DNA of 63,905 nucleotides, the filler included, from Dimargaris cristalligena (Eukaryota): the NCBI GenBank assembly GCA_003614675.1. It is 3 parts of 3 records of this genome, joined end to end, with 100 filler letters (N's around TTAATTAATTAA, not from the genome) between each part and the next. Parts side by side here need not be neighbours in the genome. Positions count along the whole stretch, not along the records: positions 1 to 22,107 come from ML002638.1; positions 22,208 to 44,293 come from ML002639.1; 1 more part is not named here. The stretch is one strand, 5' to 3'. Below the pieces are notes generated by a model that did not search any database, was not told where the DNA came from, and saw only the letters and a program-made list of their open reading frames with translations. The position numbers and the translations under genes were made by a program. Shown one piece after another: positions 11,868 through 23,129 of the stretch (within the stretch, counting starts at the first letter, position 1; every line of letters begins with the position of its first letter).

Positions 11868-13259
11868 TTACAATCCGTTACCTCCGACCACGCCGTCAAG
11901 GGCAGGTAGGATCGGCTCAGTGTGGTTGGCTGCCCATTGTCCGAAAAGGGAAAAGTACACGGCCATACTATTATCGGGCTCATCCTGGGGCATTCCAGTG
12001 ACGGTGAGCCGCCCCTGACTTAGGCTAAGTTGACCGCGGTTGGTGGAGTCCACTGTGGTTACGGCCGAGGGTACAGGGAATCCAATTTGCCATTGGGGCC
12101 CTAGCGGTACCAGGGTATTGGTGCGCAGTTTCACTACCAGCTGATAACGGTCCGCCGGGAGAGCCTCGGCGTAAAAGTCCACCCGCAACTGACCCTGGTC
12201 AATACTACCACTGATCATTGGCGGAGCCACGGCGAGCGGGCCGTCGCGACGGCGGGGGATGGAGCGGCGAGTGGGAAGAGTGGCCCCCTTGACCAAATTC
12301 ATGGCCTGACTAGCGAACCCGGTCGCCCAGGCCATGGACGCTTCCCAGACCATCACTCCACCGAAGCTTGGGTAGCGCTGGCGGGTATCGGCGATTATAG
12401 TCTGGAGAGTGGATGCCGCAACGAAGCCCGATTGAGCCGCGGCGGGGCCTCCGGGAACTCCCACCAGGACACTGACATTGGGGTTTATGGAGACGGTCCG
12501 GGCCCACGTATCCCAGGTCTGGAAGTTGTACTGGGCCGGGTAGTGGTTGACCCCACAGTAGTTGTTGTAGAACTGGACCATCACCAGATCCACCCAGGCC
12601 TGGTTCAGCACGGGTTGAAGGAGGGCGTCGGGGTAGGGGCACTGCGGAGCGGCTGCAATCAGGTAGCGCTTGGATGGGTCGGTGGCGAACAGGGTGCGCA
12701 ATTCGCTGACCAGGGCTACGTATCCGACGGTGCTTCCCCCCTCGATATCCAAATCAATGCCGTCCAGCACTGCATCGCCAAAGGGGCGCAGGGGCGCCGT
12801 GCCCGAGGACCCACTGACGGGGGACACGAAAAAGGTTTGCCACAAGGTATGAGCGAATTCGCGGCCCTGACTATCGGAACTAAATCCATAGGAGCCAGAC
12901 GCCCCACCTAGGGAAAGAAGCACCCGGGCCCCTAATTTCTGACAGGCTTTGATGTCGGCACCAATGTCGGGACAGTTCAACAGAGATGAGCCGGGAAAAG
13001 TGGTCTCGCAGTGATAAGCAAAGTTTAGCACCATGGGTTGGAAGGAAATGAGAAACGATAATACGAAAACATCGGCCACTCGGTCTTCGCAGTACTTAGC
13101 CAGTGGCTTCTCCCACACGGAGCGATCACCGGGATTGATGGCTCCGTTGGAATTCTGGCCCCAGTAAACCACTAGCTGGGGAGGTAACTTGGGTTCGCCC
13201 GCGGCGAAGTGAAGGAGGAGGGCAACCCATACTATCCAAATCAGTACAAAGCGGTCCAT
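11868..13259 (-). CDS. GH18 class III chitinase with a C-terminal beta-rich accessory domain
   Basis: Signal peptide from ATG 13259; VVYWGQNS; LSLGGASG; catalytic DGIDLDIE; AAPQCPYPDA; VQFYNNYC; FGGVMVW. Confidence 0.95.
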   Translation of the reverse strand: MDRFVLIWIVWVALLLHFAAGEPKLPPQLVVYWGQNSNGAINPGDRSVWEKPLAKYCEDRVADVFVLSFLISFQPMVLNFAYHCETTFPGSSLLNCPDIGADIKACQKLGARVLLSLGGASGSYGFSSDSQGREFAHTLWQTFFVSPVSGSSGTAPLRPFGDAVLDGIDLDIEGGSTVGYVALVSELRTLFATDPSKRYLIAAAPQCPYPDALLQPVLNQAWVDLVMVQFYNNYCGVNHYPAQYNFQTWDTWARTVSINPNVSVLVGVPGGPAAAQSGFVAASTLQTIIADTRQRYPSFGGVMVWEASMAWATGFASQAMNLVKGATLPTRRSIPRRRDGPLAVAPPMISGSIDQGQLRVDFYAEALPADRYQLVVKLRTNTLVPLGPQWQIGFPVPSAVTTVDSTNRGQLSLSQGRLTVTGMPQDEPDNSMAVYFSLFGQWAANHTEPILPALDGVVGGNGL

Positions 13260-14423
13260 AATGCGATGGAGAGTTAATGAAAGCCCTAGAGGACTGGGTG
13301 AGGGTGTTGCGGGGTATACGCTAAAAGTCAATTAAATGAGCCCAATTATTGAAGAAATGGGTGGAGGCTGGACTACGGTCAAATACAGAGAGTTAAAAAG
13401 GCGGGGTGGGTAGGTCAATGGTGAAGGAAGTGGATCGATATTGAACTGCTAGAGGAACGGCGCAGCGATTGATATTTATATCATTTAGACGCCAAACCGG
13501 GTAAGTCGCCCAAATCAGAGCGGAGCTGGTTCTGGAAACGACATCAAAGTTCCGGGTGGAGTAGTCACCGAGTGAGAAGGCCGATGATGCAGAAATGGAC
13601 TTGGATGGAAATTGGCATATGCCTCCCTACTAGCTGATTGAGTCTGTTGGTATATTTACGATTGCGGATGCTGAACCCGCTGACATCCAGCGACTGCAGC
13701 TCTGCACCCAGTGACACCAGCACCACTATCTGTGGATTGTACTAATGTAGAGGTGGTGCCTAACCGTCGAGTTACTTGCTATGGGTGGAAATGGCCCTTC
13801 TAGTCGTACTAAAGGACGTAGTGCCAAACTCCAGGCTTTGCAGCTGGACCAGTGACCGGAACCTCTCTAGGCTAATTCAATGTACGGGTAGTTATCGCCA
13901 GTGAACGTACTAAAGGTAGGGGGGTTGGAGCCACCTGGATGAGTCAGGGCCACATCGGAGTAGTCACAGGACCCACACTAAGCGATATTATGCCCTTGGC
14001 TTAAAATGGCAAGCAGCCATATCCGCCTATATCTCGGGTAGGTGTACTTTAAGGCAGCCCCGCAAGTGATCCACTGACCTAAAGATAAGACCACCTCCGG
14101 TGAAAAGCGCCACGCAGAAAACCGGTGCTTAACCCACTTGCAGATCATCAGGCTTCTGCTGGAGGCGCTCATGTGCTTAATGACCGAGTGGGTTAGGACG
14201 GGGTGGTGGGTGTCGACACTTGTCCATCTTGGTAAGGGGGATCTAGATTGATTGGGTTAGGCCTGCATTCGGCGGGGTTTATTTGTTTGCAAAAACTATG
14301 TGTACACCCAGTACGGGTCGGGGAAAATAAAAACCAAATATAATAAAACGGGAGAAGCGAACAGGCTTTAAACAAAATAATCTGAGAGCAGAGGTGGCGA
14401 TTAAAGCCTATAGATCAGCCAGT

Positions 14424-16253
14424 CTAATTAGCCGGGATCTTGGGGGTGGGCATCAATGAATCGATCAGCTTTTTCTTATGCGAGTCATTTGAAATCGGCC
14501 GTGGAGTGGAAGTCGACGCCGGGTTAATATTCTTGTACACCGCAAGGGCCTTATCACGAGCCCCGCGGGAGAATCCGGGAAACGGTGTTAATATGATCCA
14601 AAAGAAAAGGTTGTCATTAATACAAGTTATAAAAGGCAGGGTCGGATCAAGGTGTCTGTGAGAAAGGTGGGTGGCGGCGGGTTGGGATGACCAGAGTCGA
14701 CCAACTAACCACGGCAATGCCCAGTGGAGGAGGCGTCTGCGGGACACAGTCACGCGTAGCCGGCCGAAGATAAGCTTGATTCGGAAGGAATGAGAAGGTC
14801 TTATACCTCTCCACTCGGCATTGATCACCGGATAAACACGGGAAAGTCATTAAATAAAAACTTGAATAACATCTTAACTTACCTGCGCAACCATGCTTCC
14901 GACGTTGTTGGCGTCGGCGGGGATCACCACAGTCGTACCTTCCTTGGCGAGGTTGGCGAAGGCATTGACGTATTTCTCGGCCACCGTCAGTGAGACCGCA
15001 TCTTGGCCACCAGCGGAGTTGGAAATGGAGTGTGCTACCGATTCAATCCCCTGGGCCGTTGCGCGGGCGTGGGCCAGAATGGCTTCAGCGGCACCTGTAT
15101 AAGCGGGGATTAAGGGACGAATGGAGTAATAAGAAATGCATTAGGTTTGAGTGCGGTGATTGTAAAATAATAGTGACACTAAACTGATTTAATGATATGG
15201 TGGGGGGTATATAGTAAGGATGCAAGTAACTTACCAAGGGCTTCGTTAATCCGCTCCATTTTAATGGCCTCCGAAGCGAGGATGGTGGCCTGTTTGCGAC
15301 CCTCCGCAACGTTAATAGCGGCCTGACGTGAACCTTCGGACTCGAGAATCTGGGCACGCTTGGAACGCTCGGCGGACACTTGGGAGTGCATGGCTTGAAC
15401 GACGTTCTCCGGGGGGTGGATGTCCCGGATCTCGTAACGGAGGCAGCGAATGCCCCAATCATTGGCGGCGGTGTTAATGGCGTCAACAATGTTATGGTTC
15501 AGCTGGTTGCGCTCGGCCAGGGTCTTATCCAGAGTCATTTGGCCGATTTCAGCGCGCATGGTGGTCTGAGCCAGCTGGGCCACAGAGAACTCGGCGTCCT
15601 CCACCCCGTAGGAGGCCTTATAGGCGTCTACCACGCGGTAGTACAGCACGCCGTCGAGCTCCAGGGTGACGTTGTCCTGAGTGATGGCGCTCTGGGTGGG
15701 AATTTCAATGGCTACTTCCTTAAGACTCTGTACATACTTGATTTGGTCCAGCACGGGAATGAGGATGGCTAGGCCGGGTTCCAAGATGCGGTCGAATTTA
15801 CCCATGCGCTCGACGACCCAGGCCTCCTGCTGGGGAACGAATTTGACAATGGTGTTGGTGGGCAAGCCACGGCGCAGCCGGCGCGAGGTTGGGGGAAAGC
15901 CGGGATTGCGACGCTCGGCCGCCATGCGGATGGGCCGGGAAGAAGCATTGGCGAGGGAGCGGGACTGGGTACTGGACAGAAGTGCCGGGGACTGGGAAAA
16001 TAAACGGAACATACGCCCATGGTGTAAGATAAGAAGGGGGAGACTAGACGGGGCGGTGAGAGTGGTCAAGGGTAGAAAGAGGGGTAGGGAAGTCAAGTGG
16101 GGGACTACGAAACAATATTCGGCTAAACCAGGGGCCAGGAAAACTTACGGAGACGTGCATGGCAGGGCTGGCGGAGCGGATCAGGCCGGCGAGGGGGGTT
16201 GAGCGGCGCGGCTGGAGAGCCTGGCGACCCACAATGCAGGGCATGGAAGACAT
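14424..16253 (-). CDS. Stomatin-like protein 2 (SPFH/Band 7), mitochondrial type, 4 exons
   Basis: Exons 16253-16149, 15991-15235, 15094-14883, 14549-14424. VPQQEAWVVERMGKF, AQTTMRAEIG, WGIRCLRYEIRDI, AERSKRA, VAEKYVNAF; Arg-rich presequence-like N-terminus. Confidence 0.92.
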
Positions 16254-17533
16254 GGTTGCACGGAGAAGTTCAGAAAGATGAACAAGAATTAAAGAAAAGG
16301 TCGTTCGGAAGGAATGGAAGTTGAGCTACTTGGAAAAGCTGGTCACACTATAATGGGCTATAGGTTGGTTTGGTCTATGTGAATCCGCTGGCAGATCTTC
16401 TCTGTGTCAAGTGGATCCAAGAAAGCGGAGGCGGGGGAATACTAATCTATATATTTATGTCGTTGAGCTGACCTCGGCTGATGGTGGTGGCCTCCCTTTC
16501 TATACCTATTTCTATTTCTATTTCTATTTTAACCCTCTAAATCCTTCAGTGTTTCCGCCTCAAGAACCAAAACTGGTGGCCATATTCACGCTGGCTATTC
16601 AAGAATCATGGATAATAATATGAGAACCTTCACGGCCCAATTCATTTAGCTGGGGCCGCTGCGCTTTTCCCGGCTGGATCTCCAGGACCCAACAATATCT
16701 GGAAAATGATCAGTGCTGCGGCGAGGCCGCGCGTCTATATTATTAGCACTACAGACCACACCAAATAGAAAAGCCATCAACCCATATTTTGGTGTCAAGT
16801 ATTTCCAAAGCGAGTGGAGCCTTTGGGGGCCGTTAAACCATAGCGAGAGCCCCGCTGGCCTTGACAACCCTAACCGACGGAGGAAGGTGATATGCAACTA
16901 CAACTTCCCCAGCCAGCCAGGGTCCCATCTAATACTATGATTATTATTATTATTATTAGATGGGACCCTGGCATGCAATCCGGGGAGGGTTGGGAATGGC
17001 CCCTCAGACCAACCGGGCACGTGATGGGTGGGTTAGTGTGTGGGGTATTAAAAGGACTGTAGAATAATAGGGCCACGGAATGAGAGAGAGAGAGAGAGAT
17101 ATATGATAGCACAGCATTCCTGGCCCATTATTAATTACTACTACTAGTGAATAAAACAGCATATTAAAGACAAGCACACCGTCCGGACACTCATAATAGC
17201 TGGTAGTTGGCTATAAGAAAAAATCCCCACAACCGCCAATGTATTTAATTCTATATCTATATAGACAAGCCGTAGGGTGCCTTTAAGTAACCCCTGGCCC
17301 CACGGCAAACTCGAACTATCATATCCCTGCCCCTCGGCGAAACCGACCCCGGCCGGTGCTTCGTCTCTAACCGCCCATTCCCTTACTCTTACTACTATTT
17401 ACTACAAACTCCTTACTAACTGACCTTACCTTATATAAACCGCCGGACTCCGTCCCGAAGGTGGCTTGCCAATGACAGTACTATCTCACTCTCTCTTCTC
17501 CCCTCCCTAGTCCATTTTATTCTCAGCTCCACC

Positions 17534-19085
17534 ATGATCGCCGTTCCCGCCATTTTCCAGTACCTCTACACCGAAACCAACCAGCGCCTCCGCCGCCTGT
17601 TCATGGACGTCCTTCGCCAGGGCCCCATTCCCCGCCATGCCGCCTTTATCATGGACGGCAACCGCCGCTACGCCCGCAATTTAGGCGTGGCCACCCAGGA
17701 GGGGCACCTCAAGGGTTTCCGTAAGCTGGAGGAGGTCCTCGAATGGTGCATGCAGCTGGGCATCCCCGCCGTCAGCATCTATGCCTTCAGTATCGACAAC
17801 TTCAACCGTCCCCCCGAGGAGGTGGACACCCTAATGAAAATGGCCAAAGAGAAACTGGTGGTCTTCTGCCGCGAGAGCGAGACCGTGCGTAAGTACGGCA
17901 TTAACGTGCGCGTCTGCGGCAACCTGAAGCTCCTGTCTCCCGAAGTGCGCGCCAAGGTCGACGAGGTCCACGAGATCACCAAGAACAACAATAAGGCCAT
18001 CCTGAATGTGTGTTTTGCCTACAACTCCAGCGACGAAATTGCCACCGCCATGCGTCGTACCATAAAGGACACCACCGACGGCTCGCTGGCCACTGAGTAA
18101 GTCACTATTATATGCTGCTTAAAGTCCACGACAAATGAACTACACTAGACTGGACTGGACTGGACTGGATGGGCATGGTATGGTATGACTCTAGTACCAG
18201 GCCCATCTTTCTCTTTCTCTGGCCACGGTTGACCTAGTGATGGATGGTGCGCCTGCTGGCTTGATAATGGTGAACACCCCTTTTCAGAATTGTATGAATC
18301 CGTGCTAACCGAGACCCCCCTCTTCTTCATTACCCGATTGCTACCCATTCCTCCTCGTCCCCAGGGCTATCCAGTGGAAGAACATCGAAGACCACTTGTT
18401 TACCGCCGATTCTCCCCCGCTCGATATTTTGATTCGCACTTCGGGTGAAAATCGCTTCAGCGACTTCCTACTCTGCCAGGTAAAAACAACTATCCATCCA
18501 CATTTTAGGGTAGGGGGCGGTGTTTGAACTCCGCACGGCCTAACTTCAAGTAAATCCGTTATCTAGCCAGGATTGTTGCGCATGACCATGTTCTAATTAA
18601 GGCTCAACTAACCCAGCTTACCTTCTTCAAAACATACTTCCTGATACCATCCAACGGCATTCCCCAATCCCGCAAACTGCTATTAACTCCACTCATTGCA
18701 CTCCAACTAGATTGCTAAACACTGTTCCATCCATTTTACCCATTCATTATGGCCTGAGTTCACTCTCTGGGATCTACTCAAGATGATTTTGGAGTTTCAG
18801 GTGACTTTTGCTAGTGTCGAGGACAAGAAGATGTAAGTTACCCAGTTGCTTGAATACTAAGCCCAGCACGAACCACTATTAATTCGTAAAACTGGCCGGG
18901 TACCCCCCCCCCTCCGCTGTCGCCGCTGCCACTCGTCTGTCTGATTGACTTGTCTGGGGTTTTCTCGTCTAGTGGAGCCTTCGCTCGGAGGTATGTTATT
19001 TTTTTAACCCTGATCTATTATTATGCTAACTCTACATTACATGCAATCCTTAACTAACCACAGGAAATCAATTGATCTGCAATAA
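17534..19085 (+). CDS. RER2: cis-prenyltransferase (dehydrodolichyl diphosphate synthase, Rer2/DHDDS type)
   Basis: Exons 17534-18096, 18365-18479, 18711-18832; then either a stop at 18836 or exons 18973-18990 and 19064-19085. Motifs PRHAAFIMDGNRRYA, YAFSIDNFNR, DILIRTSGENRFSDFLL, LWPEF. Confidence 0.9.
18144..18188. repeat. Pentanucleotide microsatellite (GACTG)n grading into (GTATG)n, intronic
   Basis: ctagactggactggactggactggatgggcatggtatggtatg. Confidence 0.75.
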
Positions 19086-19388
19086 GCTAACCGTATTGGT
19101 TCGGTCAGGCACCATGTGTGTCTGCACTCCACCCCCCCCCCCCTTTCCCGGCAACCCCATTTTAGTATACTAACGGGTTGACCCATTTGAAGCACCACAG
19201 TCAAGTACCAATGCCTCCACTGTCATTCACCTTATTTATTCTAGCGTAGCCTTTGTGGTATTAAAATGTACATATATATAAATTCTAATATATACACACA
19301 CCTAGATATTAGAGATATCGGAGGGGGTATACACTAGTCATCATGGTGATCTCTGGGACCAGGAGAAGAACCGACTCAGTTTGGTGGA

Positions 19389-19997
19389 TTATTTGTTGTG
19401 CCAGAGTAGATTGCGGAGGGACTGCCATTGGTTGGAATCCACATACAAATATTGCATAGAGGCCCGGAGAGAGGGCTGAATGGTCGACTGCTCGTGACGG
19501 AAGAGCCACATGACCAAACCCCACACCAGAGCGGCAAAGAGCGGGAAGGGACGATGGGGCTCCTCTACGACTTTCCGTGTGACGGCCAGTTTCGCCAGAC
19601 CGATGGCCACTCGTGAGAAGAGGTACATTACAATCTGGTTATTGATGTTGGTGTTTTCGCCGAATACCACGTACCCACCCACGAGCCCAGCCAGGAAGGC
19701 GTGGTAACTGGCCTCTTTCTGACCGGCCAAGTACCGCTGGACCAGCATCAGCGTCTTGTAGATGACCACGAAGGAACCGAGGTTCTGAGCATGGGCCCGA
19801 GTGGCTTGTAGGATAAGCCGAACCTTGTTTCGGAGACTACCACTACGGAACAAAAAGGTCATGACGAGGGCATGGGGGAAACGCACCTTCGCTCCATAAA
19901 CCAGGCCATTGCGAAGCCCCTTGAGAATGGACAGTACCTCGTGGTACTTGGGGTTGAGGATGAATTGGTTCACGACATCCATGGCGAAGGTAGGCAT
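19389..19997 (-). CDS. PXMP4: Peroxisomal membrane protein 4 (PXMP4/PMP24, Tim17 family)
   Basis: KGLRNGLVYGAKVRFPHALVMTFLF, HAQNLG, FLAGLVGGYVVFG, QIVMYLFSRV, WGLVMWLF, SMQYLY; start may be the second Met at 19982. Confidence 0.92.
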   Translation of the reverse strand: MPTFAMDVVNQFILNPKYHEVLSILKGLRNGLVYGAKVRFPHALVMTFLFRSGSLRNKVRLILQATRAHAQNLGSFVVIYKTLMLVQRYLAGQKEASYHAFLAGLVGGYVVFGENTNINNQIVMYLFSRVAIGLAKLAVTRKVVEEPHRPFPLFAALVWGLVMWLFRHEQSTIQPSLRASMQYLYVDSNQWQSLRNLLWHNK

Positions 19998-21034
19998 CCA
20001 AGTTGAATAAACCCACGGGAGTTAAAGGAAATAGGGAGCCTGTAGAGGAGGAAGGGAGAGAGAGAGAGAGGGCCTGGGTAACTGGGCGGAGGAAAATAAG
20101 AAACACAAAGCACAGTGAATAAGTCAGTTTACCTAAAGGAAAAATGCTGAAACCAATCCACAGTACAGTGCTTGTTGAGTGTAGAGAAGGGAACCTAGGG
20201 TGGTTGAGAAGGGCGAAATGCGACGCTTATCAAAATACATAATACAAATATATTATTCAATGAGGGCCTCGTCCCGCCCTGAATCTCCCTTATTCACAAG
20301 CCAAGTTCCTAATAAAAACAATGATATTGTGGAAAACGACTCCCTTCCTTCCTATAAAGAAGCTGGCTCTTAGTAATATCCCCGTTTCTTACCATGCCGT
20401 ATCTAACCGCTCATTATCACATGGTAGGTAAGGGTCCACCCGTACGAGATGCACTAGCCAGCCGGCTGACACTGCTTGATATGGCCAAAAACTATCCGGG
20501 AATGGAGGTGTGGAGGCGCGCATTTGCTTCAAAGCGCTAGTGGACGGCCGTAAGGCATTCCGTCCTCGCCAATGATATTCTTATGTATGCCATCCCCCCC
20601 TCCACTACGGTACGCTTAACCAGTCAGAAAGCCCGTTCGGGCAGATAAATAGTGGATTCTCCTATTTGGCCTTGATGGGGGACCTCGGCCCCAAAGAACT
20701 TAAAACAATCCCTAATTGGGGGACACTCTTTAAGGGTGGGCTTGACCACCCCCTCCCCCCATGATTACCAGAAATAGATTAAATGAACCAGAAGGACCAA
20801 AGCGGATGGAGAGTAGCGGTGAGAACGAAAACCACATTGAGTAGAGAGCTCTACCCAACCCACCTGCCGATCAACTGTGTACCTTTCCCTCCTCGGTTTG
20901 ATAATCCCTCCCCGCCCTTCATTTGACCCAATTAAGCAATATCAACTACGTCTATGGTAAGGCCAACCCACCCCCACCAGTGCCAAATCGTCGGAAAGGA
21001 GAGTAAGCAAAAACAATATATTAAGGGAATTGCA

Positions 21035-21181
21035 TCAGTAGAGTTGCAACGCACCAGGGGGAGCGTACCATAAATAATGAAAATACATCAACTTCCGCAC
21101 TTCAACACAACCAAACATGATTGAACTTATAAATAGGAATAATAAAAAGGTCAACTGAACCCAGGGAATGTTCCGTAGCAT
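21035..21181 (-). CDS. Possible 48-aa single-pass membrane microprotein
   Basis: MLRNIPWVQLTFLLFLFISSIMFGCVEVRKLMYFHYLWYAPPGALQLY; one hydrophobic helix; no recognised family. Confidence 0.25.
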   Translation of the reverse strand: MLRNIPWVQLTFLLFLFISSIMFGCVEVRKLMYFHYLWYAPPGALQLY

Positions 21182-21605
21182 CTTACAAGGTAAATCGATA
21201 GATAAGAAAGGGGGGAGCGAATACAGATAGTATAAGGGGAGATAAACATGCCAATAATAATTGAACTGCACACTAGCAATCGAGGGATTGGTTAGGAGGT
21301 ATTTGTGCATAGAGATGTATGTATAAAAGGCCAACATGGGGTATATGGGCGTGGAGAGGAAGGGACGGGGTGGGATCCGGAAAATGAACATGGTACAATT
21401 AAACGAATCAGACAAGTGACCGGATTAGGGTGGAGTAGTAGTAGGTGGGCCATAATAAATTAGAATGAAAGAAAGATCCCTCCACACAAACACACGAAAG
21501 AAGGGCCGTGGTAAATCACGGCATTAAACATTCGACGGGCGAACAATGGCTACCCGGACCTGCAATTGGGCAAAAGGGGATGATGAGGGGGAGGGCGCCG
21601 GCCAG

Positions 21606-22107
21606 CTATCCCGGCCGTATTCACTATTATCGTAGACGAGCTCGTAGCCGGTATCATAGACCACACCACCCAGTCGTACAGTCCCGTCGCCCCCCAAGTC
21701 CCTCTGGAATTCCTGCCGTCTAATACTGCGGGCGGTCATCCAGCCGCCTCCACCAATCCCTTCTCCGTCGGCGGCCCACCACCACCGTCGACCCCGTCGG
21801 TACCCACCCTGTCGACCGAGGAGATTGATGATAAGCTATGCTGGACCGTGGTGGGTATCACCCGGTTTGATTATTCCTTCATGGAGACGGAAGGGCCGGC
21901 CTGGTTCCCCATTACCCCCTTCCCCAACCTGGCCGGACTGCCCACTTACCGATCGGCCAGTCACACCCTGGAGCTTCGTATTGCGACTCCACCCCTTAAC
22001 CCCGATCTGCTCCACACCAAACCCGGCCATCCCCCGGCCCTTCGCCTCCGCCTCGGGGAGTTTGGGCTAACGGAGACCCGACTTACGGTAGTCTCCCCCT
22101 TCCCCCC
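21606..22107 (+). CDS. Hypothetical protein exon, truncated by the assembly linker
   Basis: Open frame IPAVFTIIVDELVAGII...EEIDDKLCWTVVGITRFDYSFMETEGPAWFP... runs into the Ns. A possible first exon at 21465-21510 is phase-compatible. Confidence 0.45.
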
Positions 22108-22207
22108 NNNNNNNNNNNNNNNNNNNNNNNNNNNNNNNNNNNNNNNNNNNNTTAATTAATTAANNNNNNNNNNNNNNNNNNNNNNNNNNNNNNNNNNNNN
22201 NNNNNNN
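22108..22207. other. Assembly gap/linker (N44-TTAATTAATTAA-N44)
   Basis: N-run containing a six-frame-stop spacer at 22152-22163. Confidence 0.98.
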
Positions 22208-22471
22208 ATTCAGGCGGGCCACCCCGAACTGGCCGAAGAGACTATCATCGCCAGTGCCCGTTACCACCGCAACTTACACGAGGCTTTCATGACCATCGGG
22301 GACTATTACAACCAAGCCAAGACCCCGCTCAAGCGGATAACGTTGCGGGATCGCCTCGCTAAGTTGGGCACCTTGGTTATTCCACCGGAGCCTGTGAGAC
22401 GCGAGATTCCCTTGGAAATCAAAAAGGTGAAGCGTAAGTTTATCTATGGTGGTGGCCGGGCCTTTAAATAG
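22208..22471 (+). CDS. C-terminal fragment of a hypothetical protein
   Basis: Frame open from the linker: IQAGHPELAEETIIASARYHRNLHEAFMTIG...KFIYGGGRAFK stop, followed by AT-rich sequence with AATAAA. Confidence 0.5.
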   Translation: MQAGHPELAEETIIASARYHRNLHEAFMTIGDYYNQAKTPLKRITLRDRLAKLGTLVIPPEPVRREIPLEIKKVKRKFIYGGGRAFK

Positions 22472-23129
22472 GTGTGGATTTAACCCTCGGATTCCCCGCA
22501 TCCTCTATATTTATGGTTAAAATAAATGTTTAAATGGCAGCTAGTTGGTCCACAGTAATAAAAAAGGGAGAGAAAGATGGGGAGGACTCGCTAGTGGTAC
22601 ACGTTTATTGGATGGTGATGAGAGGGAAAAGGTGGGGGAGAAATTGTGTGGATGAGGCGGGTGGTGTGCAATGCTCGTGAATAAGATTATTGTAAACTAT
22701 ACATGTGCCACCGCCGTACGTAGTCGGCTGGGCACTTCAATGGGGAAAGGTAAAGGAAGAGGGAAACAGGGATGGAGGGAGGCGATGTAGACTAAAATGT
22801 TGAGAGGAATTCGCCTGGGATGCCTCATTTTGGGGTTATAGATATCAAATTGGCTGTAGCAAGGAATCTTAGATGGTGGTGATTAAAAATATGAATGTGG
22901 GGGTCTTTTGGGAAGGCGGCTAAGTGCGGCTGTTTTCTAAGTAGAGTAAGGGACACGCGGAGGGGGAGAGGGAAAGCCGTTAAAGGTGGGGGAGAACAAC
23001 CAGTGAATCTTAAAAGATAATGATTAATTCTACATTGGTCCAGCGCTACTCATGTTGGCGGAATTTTTAGTTATCTCATCCCTTTACTCACCCAGGTGTG
23101 GGCTTTTAAGGTCTAAAAAATAAACTGGG

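Noticed and set aside
9903-19085. MFS transporter, prenyltransferase and nearby transcription factor as a secondary-metabolite cluster
   Set aside because: The prenyltransferase is the housekeeping dolichol type, there is no backbone or tailoring enzyme, and the transcription factor lies beyond a linker
22152-22163. Perfect palindrome TTAATTAATTAA (also 44338-44349) as a biological site
   Set aside because: Embedded symmetrically in Ns; an artificial six-frame-stop linker
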